64,000 bases of DNA, taken from Candidatus Latescibacterota bacterium (lineage in GTDB: Bacteria; Latescibacterota; UBA2968; GCA-2709665). The position numbers were made by a program, and so were the translations under genes. The notes beneath the pieces were generated by a model that had not been told where the DNA came from, searched no databases, and worked only from the letters and a program-made list of their open reading frames with translations. How positions within the stretch are numbered: position 1 is the stretch's first letter; every line of letters starts with the position of its first letter. Shown here piece by piece: positions 60,396-64,000 of the stretch. The stretch covers positions 64,001 to 128,000 of the forward strand of contig OZ242358.1 of the NCBI GenBank assembly GCA_965208835.1, in the 5' to 3' direction.

Positions 60396-61682
60396 TCACG
60401 CAACCGGCTCCAGGATTTCCTGGCCGCCCATATACGGGCGGAGCACTTCAGGAATCACCGCCGTGCCATCCGGTCGCTGTGTCTGCTCCACAATGGCCGG
60501 AATCAGTCGGCTTGTCGCCAGGCCCGACGCGTTGAGTGTGTGCACGAACTCATTCCGGCCGGTCTCGGCGCGTTTGAACCGGATGCGGCCGCGCCGGGCC
60601 TGGTAGTCGTGTGCGCTGGAAGCCGAGCTGACTTCCTTGTATTCCGCCATGCTCGGTATCCAGATCTCGATGTCGTACGTTTTTGCCATAGCCGCGCTGG
60701 CGTCCTGGGCCGCCAGTTTGGAAACCCGGTGGTGCAGTTCCAGGCCCTGAACCAGGCCTTCGGCCTTTGCGATCAGTTCCTCCAGGGCCCGCTCGGAGTC
60801 TTCGGGACGCGTGAACTGGAAGATCTCGACCTTGTTGAACTGGTGCCCCCGGATCATGCCGCGTTCCTGGGCGCGATAACTGCCGGCCTCCCGCCGGTAG
60901 CAGGGGGTATACGAAAAGTACTTCCGCGGCAGATCGGTCTCGGGAAGGATTTCGTCCCGATGAAAATTGATCAATGCGGTCTCCGACGTGGGCAACAGAA
61001 ACCGCGACTCCTTCTCGCTCTCCCACTTGAGATGAAACACGTCGTCAGCGAATTTTGGAAACTGGCCTGCCGTGTAGCCGCACTCATAGGTGAGCAGGTG
61101 CGGCGGGAGTACGAATTCATATCCGTCGGCGAGGTGCGCCTCGACAAAATAGTTCAGGAGCGCCCATTCCAGGCGGGCGCCCGCGCCCCGGTAGAGCCAG
61201 AAGCCGGCGCCGCCCATCTTCACGCCGCGCTCGTAGTCGATCAGCCCCAGCGAGGTGACAAGGTCGACGTGGTCTTTGGCTCCTTCGGCTAATTCCGGCC
61301 TTCCGCCCCATGCCCGGACGACCTCGTTGGCTTCCTTGCCTCCCGCGGGTACGTCGTCCGCGGGGATATTGGGCAATTCCTCGACAAAGCCCCGGATATT
61401 GCGTTCAATTTCCGAGAGTTGCGTTTCCAGCGTCCTGATGTTGCCCGAAACCGTCTTCATTTCATTCTGGATATCGGCCGTGTCGTGGCCCGCCTTTTTC
61501 ATCTGTGGAATCTGCGCGGAGACCTTGTTTCGTCGTTCGCGCAGGCCCCCGATTCTGGCGATGAGGGCCCGGCGTTCCCGGTCCCACTGGAGCAATTCCG
61601 TAAAATCCACCGCATCCATGCGCTTCAGCAGCGCCTGCCTGACGCCGTGGGGATCTTCCCGAATCCGGTTCAGATCCAGCAT
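60396..61682 (-). CDS. serS: Serine--tRNA ligase
   Basis: N-terminal coiled coil, LLPTSE, CYRREAG, HQFNKVE, HTLNASGLA. Confidence 0.96.
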   Translation of the reverse strand: MLDLNRIREDPHGVRQALLKRMDAVDFTELLQWDRERRALIARIGGLRERRNKVSAQIPQMKKAGHDTADIQNEMKTVSGNIRTLETQLSEIERNIRGFVEELPNIPADDVPAGGKEANEVVRAWGGRPELAEGAKDHVDLVTSLGLIDYERGVKMGGAGFWLYRGAGARLEWALLNYFVEAHLADGYEFVLPPHLLTYECGYTAGQFPKFADDVFHLKWESEKESRFLLPTSETALINFHRDEILPETDLPRKYFSYTPCYRREAGSYRAQERGMIRGHQFNKVEIFQFTRPEDSERALEELIAKAEGLVQGLELHHRVSKLAAQDASAAMAKTYDIEIWIPSMAEYKEVSSASSAHDYQARRGRIRFKRAETGRNEFVHTLNASGLATSRLIPAIVEQTQRPDGTAVIPEVLRPYMGGQEILEPVA

Positions 61683-62103
61683 ATGGATACCACCTCCATA
61701 GGTTGATTGTGCGGAGTTTGTCGAAGTGGCCTGCCGAGGCAAGCCTGCCGAAGGGTCGTCGAAGGGTGTCGAAATGTCCAGGCGCCGGCGTTTCCGCTCC
61801 GGCGGGTTGGAACTTTCGCCACCCCGAAACGTCCCCTATTCACTTGCCATTATGGCTTCGCAGATAATGGCGCTGACAACCGTGAATTAAAATCGCCAAG
61901 CCCAGCCGTTAACCCGGTTTAGCTGACGGCTGATGGCTGATAGCTGTTTTCAGGACTCTGGCGAATTTCACCTGAATTTTCACACTGTGTGGTGTAATTG
62001 AACACATTCTTCTGCTTTGGAACGGGTCCCGCTATCCGGCAGTGCCCGGAAAACGCCCTTAAATGCCTAAAAAATGGAAATTGTGACGTCCATTCTGAAT
62101 TTC

Positions 62104-62119
62104 TGGCACGATATTCGCT
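62104..62119 (+). promoter_or_regulatory. Putative sigma-54 promoter
   Basis: TGGCACG-ATAT-TCGCT with GG-N10-GC spacing. Confidence 0.55.
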
Positions 62120-62184
62120 ATATATTTGACACGACTGCAGTGACCGATATCTCTCTGTCACCCCTTTACGTACGAGGCCCTGAA

Positions 62185-62355
62185 ATGGCACTCAAAACAG
62201 CACTGAATCCACGCGACCGCCTGGCGTTTTTGGCGCTCTACTATGCGATCAAGGGAAACGAGAAGCGCTCGGAACAGCTGCGGCGCGTGGTACGCCGGCA
62301 CGATCAGGCCGTGTTGGGCCGCCCGCAGATCGATGGGATGCCCATGGCCTTTTGA
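62185..62355 (+). CDS. Small hypothetical protein (56 aa)
   Basis: GAGG RBS; sits downstream of the sigma-54-like promoter. Confidence 0.45.
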   Translation: MALKTALNPRDRLAFLALYYAIKGNEKRSEQLRRVVRRHDQAVLGRPQIDGMPMAF

Positions 62356-62460
62356 GCTGCTGGATTGCGGCTTCATCTGCGCCGGTAATATCGAAAGCGA
62401 CAGACCATGCGTCACGGTCTGTCGTTTTCTTGTCTCCGGGAACCAGCCTCGTCTATCCGG

Positions 62461-63447
62461 TTACGCGAGGACTCTTCGTATGTTGTATTTTTCGTTTGGA
62501 AGGGTCTGCCGCGTGATCATGTCCGCCAGGAGGCCGGTGCACAGGAACTGAACTCCCAGCACGGACAGAAGAATTCCCAGAAAGAGAAGCGGATGTCGGT
62601 GCTGAATCGTCCCTGTACGGAACCACAATGCGGCGATATAGCCGTTTATCGCAACCCCGAGCGCGCTCAGGACGATACCGATTGTGCCGAACAGGTGCAA
62701 CGGGCGCCCGATGTACCGCCCGAGGTACATGACGGTAAGCAGGTCGAGGAAGCCCTTGAGCAGACGCGTCCACCCGTACTTCGTCACGCCGAAGCGGCGT
62801 GGGCGGTGCTGAACGACGATTTCCTCGACACGGTAGCCTTCCATGTGGGCAAGAACGGGGATGTACCGATGGAGTTCCCCGTAAACCTTGATGTCTCGCA
62901 CCACCTCGCCGCGGAACGCCTTGAGGCCGCAGTTGAAATCGTGGATCGGAATGCCCGAAATCCGGCCGGTGACCCAATTGAAGAACCTGGAAGGGATGGT
63001 CTTGCTGAGGGGATCGAAGCGCTTCTTCTTCCATCCTGAAACCAGGTCGACGCCACCCTCGATTTTTTCGATCAGGCGGGGGATTTCCGCCGGATCGTCC
63101 TGAAGGTCGGCATCCATGGTGACAATCGTCCGGCCCGCCGCCATGTCGAATCCCGCGACGTACGCCGCGGCTTTGCCGAAGTTGCGGCGGAACTGAATGA
63201 CCTTGACTTCGTCGTGGACGTCATGGAGTTCCTCCAGAATCCGGATGGAGCCGTCGGAACTGCCGTCGTCAATGAATATCGTCTCGAAACGGCGCCCGGT
63301 TGCCGCCATGGTCTCCCGGACCTGTTCCATCAGCGGCCGGAGGCTCTCCTCTTCGTTCAGAAGCGGTATGACGATAGAGACGTCAACGGCGTCCGCGGTC
63401 GGGGTCGGGGTCGGGGATTCAGATGGCGGTTCGGTATGCGTATCCAT
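62461..63447 (-). CDS. GT2 polyprenyl-phosphate glycosyltransferase (ArnC/GtrB-like)
   Basis: DDGSSD, RNFGKAAA, DADLQD, DFNCGLK, two C-terminal TM helices. Confidence 0.9.
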   Translation of the reverse strand: MDTHTEPPSESPTPTPTADAVDVSIVIPLLNEEESLRPLMEQVRETMAATGRRFETIFIDDGSSDGSIRILEELHDVHDEVKVIQFRRNFGKAAAYVAGFDMAAGRTIVTMDADLQDDPAEIPRLIEKIEGGVDLVSGWKKKRFDPLSKTIPSRFFNWVTGRISGIPIHDFNCGLKAFRGEVVRDIKVYGELHRYIPVLAHMEGYRVEEIVVQHRPRRFGVTKYGWTRLLKGFLDLLTVMYLGRYIGRPLHLFGTIGIVLSALGVAINGYIAALWFRTGTIQHRHPLLFLGILLSVLGVQFLCTGLLADMITRQTLPNEKYNIRRVLA

Positions 63448-63671
63448 ATTCTCTGGTGTTCTGTCCCGCAATTGGATTGCCGAAACTCAGCTATCCCTTC
63501 TCATCTTTAACGTCTCGCCGCTTTCCAAGATAGCAAAGCTGGACCGGGTTTTCAAGTCCCGTGTCGCGACACTGCGGATTGGCAGCCATTAAAAAACCGA
63601 TCCGGACTGCGGCCGGACTGCTGAGCGACTCTATCAACGGACTGTCAGGGGGAAGCGGGATTCCCTGAAAT

Positions 63672-64000
63672 TCACATGTGTTTCAGATCGACGAAGAAGC
63701 GTCTTTTGTCCCTGTTGCCGGTCTCGTCCACGACGTTCAGTGTGTGCCATCCCCTTGAGAGTTCCACGGCCTTGACGTGCCGGCCGAGGCTGCTGCCCAG
63801 GTAACGGTCATCCAGGTACCAATACAGGACGCGGTTTTTCTCCCTGTGAGCAACCCGCATCGCGATCTTTTGCCGGGCCCCCCCGAAGTCTCTCGGCAAC
63901 CAGAGCCTGGCGTTCTGTTGCGGGTAGATGATCTTCAGCGGATCGGACCCGGCGCCTGCAGGGCAATCCCGCCTGTGCGGCGGAGCCATACCGGGAACCT
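63672..64000 (-). CDS. pbpC: C-terminal domain of penicillin-binding protein 1C (partial)
   Basis: L.IIYP, LYWYLD, GWHTL.VVDE.G Ig-like PBP1C C-terminus. Confidence 0.7.
   Translation of the reverse strand, partial: VPGMAPPHRRDCPAGAGSDPLKIIYPQQNARLWLPRDFGGARQKIAMRVAHREKNRVLYWYLDDRYLGSSLGRHVKAVELSRGWHTLNVVDETGNRDKRRFFVDLKHM

Overview
Bacterial chromosome window, mostly GC-rich. The housekeeping backbone has an SDR, two hydrolases, TrmH, a cytochrome c maturation operon (ccmE-F-H-x-x-A-B-C-D; CcmE is the CxxxY type), dnaK, sucC, gpmI, LysR/acnA, mdh, rpmA/rplU, rng, moeA/moaC, sat, clpP, hemE-hemH-hemY, serS, a GT2 and the 3' end of pbpC. An accessory region (~30.7-53.2 kb) follows tRNA-Lys(CTT). 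It holds toxin-antitoxin genes and remnants, a Fic protein, an odd 6TM cation channel, an MFS transporter, a peptidase-propeller-Omp85 fusion, and a visibly lower-GC defence island (~39.8-52.1 kb). The island encodes a complete SspABCD-type DNA phosphorothioation module. Where SspE or SspFGH would normally sit, the operon continues into a GIY-YIG-like protein coupled to a DGQHR (DndB-like) protein, then a large GHKL-type ATPase and an HTH + T5orf172/GIY-YIG protein. This is the best candidate for an undescribed system. Intergenic DNA carries several repeat families: a four-copy MITE with TNA target duplications, a five-copy structured repeat flanked by heptamer arrays, and REP-like palindromes. 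All assignments come from motif recognition by eye; no searches were run.
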